DNA of 64,000 nucleotides from an uncultured Ferruginibacter sp. (GTDB taxonomy: Bacteria; Bacteroidota; Bacteroidia; Chitinophagales; Chitinophagaceae), in the NCBI GenBank assembly GCA_963422625.1, contig OY730416.1, forward strand, positions 835,607 to 899,606, read 5' to 3'. The position numbers and the translations under genes are program-made. The notes beneath the pieces were generated by a model. It did no database searches. It had not been told where the DNA came from and worked only from the letters and a program-made list of their open reading frames with translations. Shown piece by piece: positions 28,736-36,837 of this stretch; the first letter of the stretch is position 1; each line of letters begins with the position of its first letter.

Positions 28736-30253
28736 TTAAAAATCTATTTTGGCAAAGCAAATATAATTTCTGTACACACAGGGGATAATTAACTGGCTTG
28801 CCCCAACCTGCTTGCTTAAACTGGGCATAAACTGGTAGCCCCTTTCCCTGCTTTTTAAGGTTGGGTTACGGGTTACTAACCCTGACGGTGTAATGCTATG
28901 ATCCGCTATGATCTGGTTCCTGTTTTTATCATCATTGAATAAAAAATGTATCTCGCCACCACTGTTCATGGTAGAGAAAGATAAAAAATTCTCATTATCG
29001 TCATCAAACTGGTCTTTTTGAATTACCCGGCCCCAATCCAGGTTACCGTTTTTATCCATGCTCAGTATCAAAATATTGGCATAATAATACCTGGTGCTTT
29101 GGTTATAATTATAACTACTGTAAGGCCGGTAATAATTATTGTAAGGATTGTAATAATAATTATTAGCGTAAGGGCTGTAATAATAATTGTTCAGGTAATC
29201 CCACCGGTTCCATGGGGTATTGTTATTACGCCCCTGTGTGGAATAATCTTCAGCAGTTAGTAAAAAGCCGCCATCTTTTTTTACAAATACCTGGCGTATA
29301 AAAAAATCATCAAGGGCAAAGCGCAACTGCCCGGAGGTTTTAGCAGCATCCCTTAACGAGTCGCTTAATACAATAAGGTTTTGTGAAAATGGTTTTACAG
29401 CCGCCCTGTCCCATACACAGGTAAATAACCCATCAATATTCCCCCTGTTTCTTTTATAATAAAACGAATTGATGATGTACCGTTTGTTAAGGTTATCTAT
29501 CTTAATCTTTACTTCGTCGATATAATTTTTTTCGAGAGAAATTTCGTGAAAAGCAAAAGTATCCAACTGTGGTTCTTTAATTACCAGCTTAAGACTATTG
29601 CTATTATCGCGGTTGCCGTTTTTACTGTCTTTTGTAAACACAAAATTACCGTCATTATCCAGCGAAAAATTATCGTAATTATCCCGGCGTTCGTTGTATT
29701 CCAGCTCCTGCCTTGTTTTGGAAAGCATTTTTAAGCTGCTGTCGAATAAAAGGGTTACAATATTAAAATGCTCATATTTTTTATTGATCTTAAACACCAT
29801 TATTTTTTGCTTATCCTCGCTGTGTATAGTGGTGTAAATTTTATTATCGGCCAGTATTGAAATTTGTGTGGTATCAAGCTCAATGGGGTCCGACATTTTT
29901 TTTGCTTCCCCATCCATTTTCACTGCCATGCAATGCAGGATATTTCTTTTTTGGTATTGGTAGATCATGTAAAAATGATCAGTATAAATCACAAAGTCTA
30001 CATTAAAAGTCTTTTCTGGTACAAAATCAAGCTTTACAGTTTCCTTTATCTTCATATCATCGCCCAAAATACTGATCTTGTGGCGCCACTTTACATTTTT
30101 GTACACCAGGTAATTGCCGTTCATTTTACCAATTATCTCAAAATTCATGTCCTTACTGTCTTCCTGGTCAAAATCAGAATAGGTAACATTCTGGCATAAG
30201 CTTACAAGTGGTAATGCCAATACTATAATGAGACTAAAAATTATACGCTTCAT
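28736..30253 (-). CDS. Secreted hypothetical protein with a Tyr/Asn-rich low-complexity insert
   Basis: It has a signal peptide (MKRIIFSLIIVLALPLVSLCQ). The 505-aa protein contains the segment NNNTPWNRWDYLNNYYYSPYANNYYYNPYNNYYRPYSSYNYNQSTRYYY. Confidence 0.7.
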   Translation of the reverse strand: MKRIIFSLIIVLALPLVSLCQNVTYSDFDQEDSKDMNFEIIGKMNGNYLVYKNVKWRHKISILGDDMKIKETVKLDFVPEKTFNVDFVIYTDHFYMIYQYQKRNILHCMAVKMDGEAKKMSDPIELDTTQISILADNKIYTTIHSEDKQKIMVFKINKKYEHFNIVTLLFDSSLKMLSKTRQELEYNERRDNYDNFSLDNDGNFVFTKDSKNGNRDNSNSLKLVIKEPQLDTFAFHEISLEKNYIDEVKIKIDNLNKRYIINSFYYKRNRGNIDGLFTCVWDRAAVKPFSQNLIVLSDSLRDAAKTSGQLRFALDDFFIRQVFVKKDGGFLLTAEDYSTQGRNNNTPWNRWDYLNNYYYSPYANNYYYNPYNNYYRPYSSYNYNQSTRYYYANILILSMDKNGNLDWGRVIQKDQFDDDNENFLSFSTMNSGGEIHFLFNDDKNRNQIIADHSITPSGLVTRNPTLKSRERGYQFMPSLSKQVGASQLIIPCVYRNYICFAKIDF

Positions 30254-30361
30254 GAAGGTGCATCTTTAATTAAAATTACGATTTAAAAACCAATAGCGTT
30301 ATTTTACGTTAACAAGATGTACGAAATTTTATGATTACATAAACACTTCAATAATTCAGAT

Positions 30362-31273
30362 ATGCAAACGGTATTAATAAGCGGGGGGACCGGCCTGGTA
30401 GGGAAAACCCTGGGCAAGCTACTTGTAGATAAAGGCTATAAAGTTATTGTATTAAGCCGCCACGCCGCTGCCGGTAATTTAAGCAGCAATATTACAACCG
30501 CCCTGTGGGATGTAAACAAACAGCAAATAGATATTACTGCGTTGCAGCAAGCAGATTATATTGTTCACCTGGCCGGCGCAGGCGTTATGGAAAAAAAATG
30601 GACCCCTGCTTATAAAAAAGAGATCATAAGCAGCAGGGCGGATAGTGCCCGGTTGATTGTTAACAGTTTGCAGAATAATGCAAATAAAGTAAAAAAGGTT
30701 ATCAGCGCCAGCGCTATTGGCTGGTACCCTCCCGGCGAAAATTTACATACAGAAGACGAGGCTGCAGATAGTGGCTTTTTGGGAGAAACCTGCCGGTTGT
30801 GGGAAGCAGGTATTGACCCTGTAATGAAATTAAATAAAGACCTGGTAAAATTAAGGATAGGCATTGTACTGAGTAAAGAAGGCGGGGCTTTAAAAGAATT
30901 TATTACGCCATTAAAATTGGGTGTGGCTGCTATTTTGGGCAATGGTAAACAAATAATAAGCTGGATACATATTGATGACCTGTGCAGGCTTTTTTTATTT
31001 GCAATTGAAAACGAAGAAATGAATGGTGTGTATAATGCTGTGGCCCCTGCGCCGGTAGATAATAAATCGCTTACCCTTACGCTGGCAAAAAAAAGAAACC
31101 GCTTTTATATTCCTGTGCACGTACCAACTTTTATTTTAAAACTAATGCTGGGCGAAAGAAGTATTGAAATATTAAAAAGCGCTGCAGTTAGCTGTAAAAA
31201 AATATTGGCTAAAGGTTTTGATTTTAAATTTAAGAATATAGATGCCGCAATCGAAGATATTGTGCAGCACTAA
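30362..31273 (+). CDS. TIGR01777-type NAD-dependent epimerase/dehydratase family protein (YfcH-like, SDR39U1)
   Basis: The N-terminus MQTVLISGGTGLVGKTL is a Rossmann motif. The ~300-aa length and a C-terminal DUF1731-like region (GFDFKFKNIDAAIEDI) fit this family. Confidence 0.8.
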   Translation: MQTVLISGGTGLVGKTLGKLLVDKGYKVIVLSRHAAAGNLSSNITTALWDVNKQQIDITALQQADYIVHLAGAGVMEKKWTPAYKKEIISSRADSARLIVNSLQNNANKVKKVISASAIGWYPPGENLHTEDEAADSGFLGETCRLWEAGIDPVMKLNKDLVKLRIGIVLSKEGGALKEFITPLKLGVAAILGNGKQIISWIHIDDLCRLFLFAIENEEMNGVYNAVAPAPVDNKSLTLTLAKKRNRFYIPVHVPTFILKLMLGERSIEILKSAAVSCKKILAKGFDFKFKNIDAAIEDIVQH

Positions 31274-32091
31274 AGGTCTGATTTAACAAATTTGCGGGTA
31301 GCCCAAAAATAAAACAACACCAGGTAACCAATGGCCAGTGCAAACACCAGCCAGGTATAATCGTGCGGCATTATTGTTTTACTTAAGGATTTTACTGTGT
31401 TTTCAGGAAACTCAAGCAAACCGTCTGCGGCATTTAAAGGAAGATAATCCCCCATGTTGCCTAAATCGGCTTCGCCAAGGCTTTTTAATTTTATACTTAG
31501 CCCCCACAACAATTGCGATATAAAATTTTCGCCACCCATATAAATAAACAATACGCCAATGGCAAAGCCTGTACGTTTTACCAAAACAGCAACCAGTACT
31601 GCAAATAAATTATACGTTATTGCTTTTAAAAAAAAGTAGCCCACATTGGCTATACCATAAAAAGAAAAAGAGGTGCCGGAAAATAAACCAAACACCAGCG
31701 CAGTAAGAAATACCAGCACTGTTGCCACCAACGCAAAAATCAGCGCCAGCATCATTTTTACACCAATAAACTGCTGGCGTGTTAATCCATCAATTATGTT
31801 TTGACGGTGCGTTTTAAACCCATATTCATTTGTAATTAAGATAGCCAGCAGCATGGCGGGCAACAGTAAAATACAACCCGAAGCATAGCTGGTGGTATGC
31901 CATGTCATATTAAAACTGTAAGGCGAAAAGCTCACCATACCAGCAACGGGTACCTGCTGCACTACTTCCCTGTTAATAATATATACCACATAATTGGTGG
32001 CAATAACTCCCAAACAAAAAAATATAGCAAGAACTTTAAATGCGGTGTAATTTTTAAGTTTCAGCCATTCTATTTTTAAAAGCTCTGTCAT
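31270..32091 (-). CDS. ABC-2 type transporter permease
   Basis: The 273-aa protein has six predicted TM helices and lies directly downstream of the ABC ATPase at 32119-33039. Confidence 0.7.
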   Translation of the reverse strand: MTELLKIEWLKLKNYTAFKVLAIFFCLGVIATNYVVYIINREVVQQVPVAGMVSFSPYSFNMTWHTTSYASGCILLLPAMLLAILITNEYGFKTHRQNIIDGLTRQQFIGVKMMLALIFALVATVLVFLTALVFGLFSGTSFSFYGIANVGYFFLKAITYNLFAVLVAVLVKRTGFAIGVLFIYMGGENFISQLLWGLSIKLKSLGEADLGNMGDYLPLNAADGLLEFPENTVKSLSKTIMPHDYTWLVFALAIGYLVLFYFWATRKFVKSDL

Positions 32092-32118
32092 CTCAAATTA
32101 TATTAAAAGGTCGTAAAA

Positions 32119-33039
32119 TTATTTTTCGCTTTTAGTGCCTGTAATTTCCAAAAATCTTGTTTCAAGAGATTTGCGTTTTTCGTTAAGCCTGCTCAGCACC
32201 ACTCCATTATCAAAACAAAATTTGTTCACCTGGGCAGCAGTAATATTTTCACTGCAGGTTACCTGCAGAAAATTATCTACTAAATTAATATCGAGCACAC
32301 CGGGCATCTGCTGCAGTATTTTTATCAACCGCTCATCATTATCAGCACTTAACTCTATCAGCACGGTAGTTGCAGTGTCACTTCCTGTATTTGCCATCAC
32401 ATCTTTTACAGAACCTACCGTTTTTAATACTCCTTTTTGAATAATGGCCACATGCGTACAAACTTTTTCTACTTCATCCAGTATATGGCTTGCCATAATA
32501 ATGGTTTTACCATTGCGGTTCAGCTCTTTTATTAATTCCCTTATTTCTGCAATCCCTGCAGGATCGAGGCCGTTAGTTGGTTCATCAAAAACTAAAATAT
32601 CCGGGTTGCCGAGTAATGCTGCTCCAATGGCCAGCCGTTGTTTCATCCCCAAAGAATAAGTGCTGAACTTTGAATCTTTGCGCTGGTGCAGGTTTACTAT
32701 TTGCAATACTTTGTCTATATCTTCTTCTCCCCTTCCTTTTATCCTTGCTGCAATTTTTAAATTTTTTTCCCCGCTTAAATAATGATAAAAATTAGGGGTT
32801 TCTAAAAGCGTACCTATTTTTTTGCGCTGCGCCGCATTGCCCTCTTCACCCATCCATGCATAGGTGCCGCCGCTTGCTTTTAAAACATCCATTACAATGC
32901 CCAGCAAAGTTGTTTTACCACTTCCGTTTGGCCCTAAAATACCAAATACCGTTTTTTGGGGTACCGAAAAACTTACGTTTTGTAAGGCCTTTACTGATTT
33001 ATAATTTTTAGAGAGATTGTTAACCGATAGAACCACCAT
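32119..33039 (-). CDS. ABC transporter ATP-binding protein
   Basis: It has Walker A GILGPNGSGKTT, signature YSLGMKQRLAI and Walker B ILVFDEPTNGLD. Confidence 0.9.
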   Translation of the reverse strand: MVVLSVNNLSKNYKSVKALQNVSFSVPQKTVFGILGPNGSGKTTLLGIVMDVLKASGGTYAWMGEEGNAAQRKKIGTLLETPNFYHYLSGEKNLKIAARIKGRGEEDIDKVLQIVNLHQRKDSKFSTYSLGMKQRLAIGAALLGNPDILVFDEPTNGLDPAGIAEIRELIKELNRNGKTIIMASHILDEVEKVCTHVAIIQKGVLKTVGSVKDVMANTGSDTATTVLIELSADNDERLIKILQQMPGVLDINLVDNFLQVTCSENITAAQVNKFCFDNGVVLSRLNEKRKSLETRFLEITGTKSEK

Positions 33040-33117
33040 GGCTACGTTTATTATTTAAGGTTTGAAGATAAGGGATTTTTACAATCGTTGAAGTGCCCAT
33101 TATGACAGGTGGCAATT

Positions 33118-33771
33118 TTATGGCAAATGTTTATCGTGCCATACAGACGTAAAATCTCCCAGCACTGCAAACCCCTTTTGGTTAAACTGTAATTTTTGCA
33201 ATTGCAGGTTATCAATATCATTTTGCAAAACTTTTCGTGTAAATGGGTTAATGGTTCCTCCTTCTTCATGAGGCTGCACATTGGGGTAGTACTGGTATAT
33301 GCTGTCCACAATAGTTCCCCTGGGATACATAATGCCGGGCGTGCCCTGCCCCCGTATGTCGAGGTTCCCTGGGTGGCCGAGCCCGATAGTATGCCCAAAC
33401 TCGTGTGCAGCAGTGGTAGACTTATGTAAAAGATTATCGAGTTTAAAATAGCCGGTATTGCTGTTGATGCCATCTACAAAAGAAATATCGCCTGATGCGT
33501 ATTCTTCAATGCGAAAATAATTGTTCCTGGGATTGGTATTTTCATATACCATAAGAGGCGTCAGGCCTGGTGCCCACACTCCTTCTATATTAAACCTTAC
33601 ACCCAGTACCTGCTTTTTGATAATCACTTTACCATTGGCATCGTTCCAAAAATGGGCAATATCTGCAGCAATAAACTTTGCAATGTCATCATTGGCAGCA
33701 TCGCCATAAATAAATATTACAGCGTGTATGATGAGTTGGTTTTTGTGATTGAGTATTTCTGCTTCTCCCAT
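33118..33771 (-). CDS. Metzincin-like zinc metallopeptidase with no signal peptide
   Basis: The 217-aa protein has HEFGHTIGLGH (the HExxHxxGxxH motif), followed by a Met-turn-like GIMYP 15 residues after the third His. The N-terminus MGEAEILNHKNQ is not hydrophobic. Confidence 0.65.
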   Translation of the reverse strand: MGEAEILNHKNQLIIHAVIFIYGDAANDDIAKFIAADIAHFWNDANGKVIIKKQVLGVRFNIEGVWAPGLTPLMVYENTNPRNNYFRIEEYASGDISFVDGINSNTGYFKLDNLLHKSTTAAHEFGHTIGLGHPGNLDIRGQGTPGIMYPRGTIVDSIYQYYPNVQPHEEGGTINPFTRKVLQNDIDNLQLQKLQFNQKGFAVLGDFTSVWHDKHLP

Positions 33772-33798
33772 AGTGCTACCTTCTGCCAGCGGTATCGC

Positions 33799-35964
33799 TT
33801 ACTTTAAATTACTCATAAAATAATCTGTAACTTTTTGATACAAGTGTGCACGGTCTTTGCCCAATACATTGTGTTCGTGTCCGGGGTATATCATGTAATC
33901 TACCTGCACACCTGCATCCACACAGGCTTTTACAAAATTTACAGAATGCTGTTGCACCACCACCGGGTCCTGCAGGCCATGTATCAATAATAATTTATCT
34001 TTTAACTTACCTGCCTGTTTAATCAGGTTGGTGGCTTCATAGCCTTCAGGATTTTCCTGCGGCGTATCCATATAACGTTCCCCGTACATGATCTCATAAT
34101 ATTTCCAGTCCATTACAGAACCGCCTGCAACAGCCGCTTTAAATACACCGGGGTGATTCAATACAAAATCTGTTGTCATAAAACCACCATAGCTCCAGCC
34201 GAACAAGCCCATATTATTTTTGTCAACAAATGATAAAGCTGTTAAATAATTTATACCACTTACCAGGTCTTCCATTTGTGCTTCTCCTGCCCTGCGAAAA
34301 ATAGTTTGCTCAAACACTTTACCCCTGTTATCACTTCCCCTTGTATCCAGTGTAAATACTATATAGCCACGCTCGGCCATATACTGAAACCAGTAATCGC
34401 CGGCACCTCCATTCCAACTATTCAAAATCATTTGTGCATGAGGGCCACCATACCAGTATACAATCACCGGATATTTTTTGGTACTGAGCGTAGCCGAAGT
34501 ATCGAAATTTACGGGTTTAAACATTCTGCAATACAAGTCAGTACCGGTATTATTTTTTATAGTGAATATGCTGAGCTTGCCCATTGCATAATCGGCAATT
34601 GGATTGGCAGCCTGCAGCAGTTCTTTTGATTTTGCAGTTTTGATGTCTGTAACCTGTATTGCTTTTGGATTATCAGTAGTGCTATAGGCATCGATAATGG
34701 TACTGCCATCTGTACTCACCTGTGCTGTATGCACACCTGTTGCTACCGTAATTCTTTTTGACTGGCCGGTTTTTAAATTAAGCTGGTATAAATTTTTTGT
34801 AATGGGAGATTCTTCTGTTGCTGAGTAATATAAGTTTTCGCCCTTTGCATCAAAGCCTTTTACTTCCAATACTTCCCAGTTTCCTTTGGTAAGTTGCTTT
34901 ATCAAGCTGCCATCTGCATTATACAAGTATAAATGATTCCACCCATCACGGTTGCTTTGCCAGATGAACTGGTCAGGTTTATTTTTTACAAAAAGCATCG
35001 GCACCAGTGGTTCTACATATTTATCATCTTTTTCTTCGAACAATGTTTTGGCAAACTCCCCTGTGTTGGCATTGTACTGGTTGAGCTTCATATGGTTTTG
35101 TTCCCTGTTCAGCACCGCAATGTAAACCCATTTATCATCCGGGCTCCAGGCAATATTGGTAAGATACTGGTCTGTGGGTATCCCTGTCCTCAACCATGTA
35201 GTGGAATTGATAACAGCGTTATAAATACCTACCGTTACGTAATGGCTTTGGCCTCCGGCCATTGGATATTTGATATTTTTATTTACTGCGGGATATGTTG
35301 TCCAGTCGATGATGGGATAATCAGTTACCATACTTTGGTCCATACGGTAATAGGCCAGCAGTTTGCCATTATTACTCCAAAAAGTACCTTTACTGATACC
35401 AAACTCATCCCGGTGTACCGATTGTGCATACACGATATTTGCACTACCATCTTTAGTGACCTGCTTTGTACCGTAAAAGGTGGAGTTTACATACAAGTTA
35501 TTATTATCTACGTAGGCTACAAATCCTGCACTGCTTTCTTCCACTGCAGTTTTATCCGTAAAAGTACTTTTTATTATTTCTTTAGTTTGATTCGTAACAG
35601 GGTTCAAAGCAATTTTACTACCGTTTGCAGTAAATATCCAGTCTGCAGAAGTATTGAATTGAATAAAGGGCATAGTTTTTAGTTCGCCATAGCCTGCTGT
35701 TTTAATTTTTTCATTTAATTGTTCTAAGGTAAGAAATGGCACTTCTGCAGTTTTCATATTCCCTTTTACCCAAACATCTTTTCCTTCTACCTTTTTTAAA
35801 TACACATAATCGGTGGTGCCGTACACAAACTGCAGTTGTTTTAAATTTTCTGCTGCAAGCGTGGTGCGGTTGTTCACCATCGCATCCTGCATGGTGAGTA
35901 ATTTATTTTGTGCCAGCAATGTAATGCTGATGAAAGCGGTAAGAAAGAGAAATATTTTTTTCAT
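33799..35964 (-). CDS. Dipeptidyl peptidase IV (peptidase S9B)
   Basis: The 721-aa protein has a signal peptide and an N-terminal DPP IV beta-propeller region. Its C-terminal alpha/beta hydrolase domain has the nucleophile GWSYGG, with Asp and His in HGLQDPVV and PGHEH. Confidence 0.9.
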   Translation of the reverse strand: MKKIFLFLTAFISITLLAQNKLLTMQDAMVNNRTTLAAENLKQLQFVYGTTDYVYLKKVEGKDVWVKGNMKTAEVPFLTLEQLNEKIKTAGYGELKTMPFIQFNTSADWIFTANGSKIALNPVTNQTKEIIKSTFTDKTAVEESSAGFVAYVDNNNLYVNSTFYGTKQVTKDGSANIVYAQSVHRDEFGISKGTFWSNNGKLLAYYRMDQSMVTDYPIIDWTTYPAVNKNIKYPMAGGQSHYVTVGIYNAVINSTTWLRTGIPTDQYLTNIAWSPDDKWVYIAVLNREQNHMKLNQYNANTGEFAKTLFEEKDDKYVEPLVPMLFVKNKPDQFIWQSNRDGWNHLYLYNADGSLIKQLTKGNWEVLEVKGFDAKGENLYYSATEESPITKNLYQLNLKTGQSKRITVATGVHTAQVSTDGSTIIDAYSTTDNPKAIQVTDIKTAKSKELLQAANPIADYAMGKLSIFTIKNNTGTDLYCRMFKPVNFDTSATLSTKKYPVIVYWYGGPHAQMILNSWNGGAGDYWFQYMAERGYIVFTLDTRGSDNRGKVFEQTIFRRAGEAQMEDLVSGINYLTALSFVDKNNMGLFGWSYGGFMTTDFVLNHPGVFKAAVAGGSVMDWKYYEIMYGERYMDTPQENPEGYEATNLIKQAGKLKDKLLLIHGLQDPVVVQQHSVNFVKACVDAGVQVDYMIYPGHEHNVLGKDRAHLYQKVTDYFMSNLK

Positions 35965-36043
35965 AATTATGTATTGATAGACAAATGTATTGAAAAATGT
36001 TTTGGCCAGATGGCGTTGTCAGTCTCACACAGCTACATGAGGG

Positions 36044-36095
36044 CCTCACTGCTCACATGGTCAGACGAGGGCGTCAGACCATGTGAGCAGTGAGG
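36044..36095. repeat. REP-like palindrome L
   Basis: The sequence cctcactgctcacatggtcagacg-aggg-cgtcagaccatgtgagcagtgagg has 24-nt arms with one A/A mismatch. The core GGTCAGACGAGGGCGTCAGACC lies at 36059-36080. Confidence 0.85.
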
Positions 36096-36646
36096 TCAAA
36101 ACAAGCCGCATATCTGCTTCGCCAATTGCATATTGCAAATAGAGTTAGCCCGTAATCCATTATAAGACCGAAAAGATGACCATTTCCAATCTGCTGCATG
36201 TGTAACAATGCCTGCAGCTATTGCGTTGTTGTGGATATAATTGAATGTATTGAGATAATAATCTTGCCTTGATAAAAACTGGCTATTCAATTCCGCTTCA
36301 TCATTTAAACAAATAGCTTTTGTTTTTGGCCGGAATAATGCTCCGCTTCGGTTATTTTTTATATTAAATTCATGGGCATAAGTACTCAGCAGTTTTCTAA
36401 AGCCATTGGTAACGGGATCAAGAATCAACCCTCCCGTTGCCTTACTTCCAGGCGCCGGCTATCTGTATAAATCATAAAATGAAAATGATTGTGCATGAGG
36501 CACCATGCCAGAGTTTCGCAATGCAGTGCAATATATTGTTGATATAACTGGAGGAAATAAAGGAATTGAAAATCCTGAATAAAAATATTTTCCTGGTTGT
36601 TTCCCTGGTTGTAAACATGGTAAACGTTTTCTGGGAGAAATTTCAT
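36096..36646 (-). pseudogene. REP-associated tyrosine transposase (RAYT) / IS200-like Y1 transposase, split by one frameshift into ORFs 36425-36646 and 36096-36428
   Basis: The N-terminal ORF has YHVYNQGNN and the HUH motif in LMHNHFHFMIY. The C-terminal ORF has SGALFRPKTK and the catalytic Tyr motif NYIHNNAIAAG. The second frame is open from 36469 and overlaps the end of the first frame. Confidence 0.75.
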
Positions 36647-36706
36647 GGCCTAACTTTTTGGTTAAGGCTTTCATGAAGAGAAGGTTTATGGTTGTTGTGG
36701 CCTGTA

Positions 36707-36737
36707 ACATGATCGGACGTGGACGTTCGGATCATGT
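36707..36737. repeat. REP-like palindrome R1 (a diverged core)
   Basis: The sequence acatgatcggacg-tgga-cgttcggatcatgt has the core GATCGGACGTGGACGTTCGGATC, which resembles the GGTCAGACGAGGGCGTCAGACC core. Confidence 0.6.
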
Positions 36738-36738
36738 G

Positions 36739-36782
36739 CGATTCAACAAGGTCAGACGAGGGCGTCAGACCTTGTTGAATCG
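36739..36782. repeat. REP-like palindrome R2
   Basis: The sequence cgattcaacaaggtcagacg-aggg-cgtcagaccttgttgaatcg has a 22-nt core at 36750-36771 identical to that of L. It keeps the same A/A mismatch, but its outer stem is unrelated. Confidence 0.85.
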
Positions 36783-36783
36783 C

Positions 36784-36834
36784 CTGTTCCGCCACATGGT
36801 CTGACGCCCTGTCCTGAACCATGTGGCAGAACAG
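36784..36834. repeat. REP-like palindrome R3, in inverted orientation relative to L
   Basis: The sequence is ctgttccgccacatggt-ctgacgccctgtcctga-accatgtggcagaacag. Its reverse complement aligns with L through cacatggtYcag..ac.agggcgtcagaccatgtg. Confidence 0.8.
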
Positions 36835-36837
36835 TAA

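Larger units (their letters stand above)
36044..36834. mobile_element. REPtron-like unit: an IS200-like Y1 (RAYT-type) gene bracketed by REP-like palindromes
   Basis: See the four repeat features and the pseudogene below. One hairpin abuts the stop codon, and three hairpins sit upstream of the start. Confidence 0.7.

Noticed and set aside
31270-31273. Convergent genes sharing overlapping stop codons (CTAA), and a 1-nt gap between convergent stops at 56938/56940
   Set aside because: This is normal compact gene packing. It was noted only because no terminator can fit between the genes, and there is no evidence of special function.
33051-33473. A 140-aa minus-strand ORF overlapping the metzincin-like gene
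   Set aside because: It is an alternative frame of the same strand, spanning the 3' part of the motif-bearing ORF 33118-33771 and the spacer before the ABC ATPase gene. It has no motifs of its own.
34933-35682. A 249-aa plus-strand ORF, plus similar long antisense ORFs at 6092-6733, 12196-12651, 24773-25435 and 38159-38674
   Set aside because: All lie fully inside well-supported genes on the opposite strand (DPP IV, ABC ATPase, NMO, DsbD and the fadB-like gene). Their translations are low-complexity and Cys/Ile/Ser-rich with no motifs, so they are shadow ORFs.
36459-36710. An 83-aa minus-strand ORF over the 5' part of the RAYT gene
   Set aside because: It is a third frame overlapping the HUH-bearing ORF. 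It has no motif support and is explained by the RAYT pseudogene.
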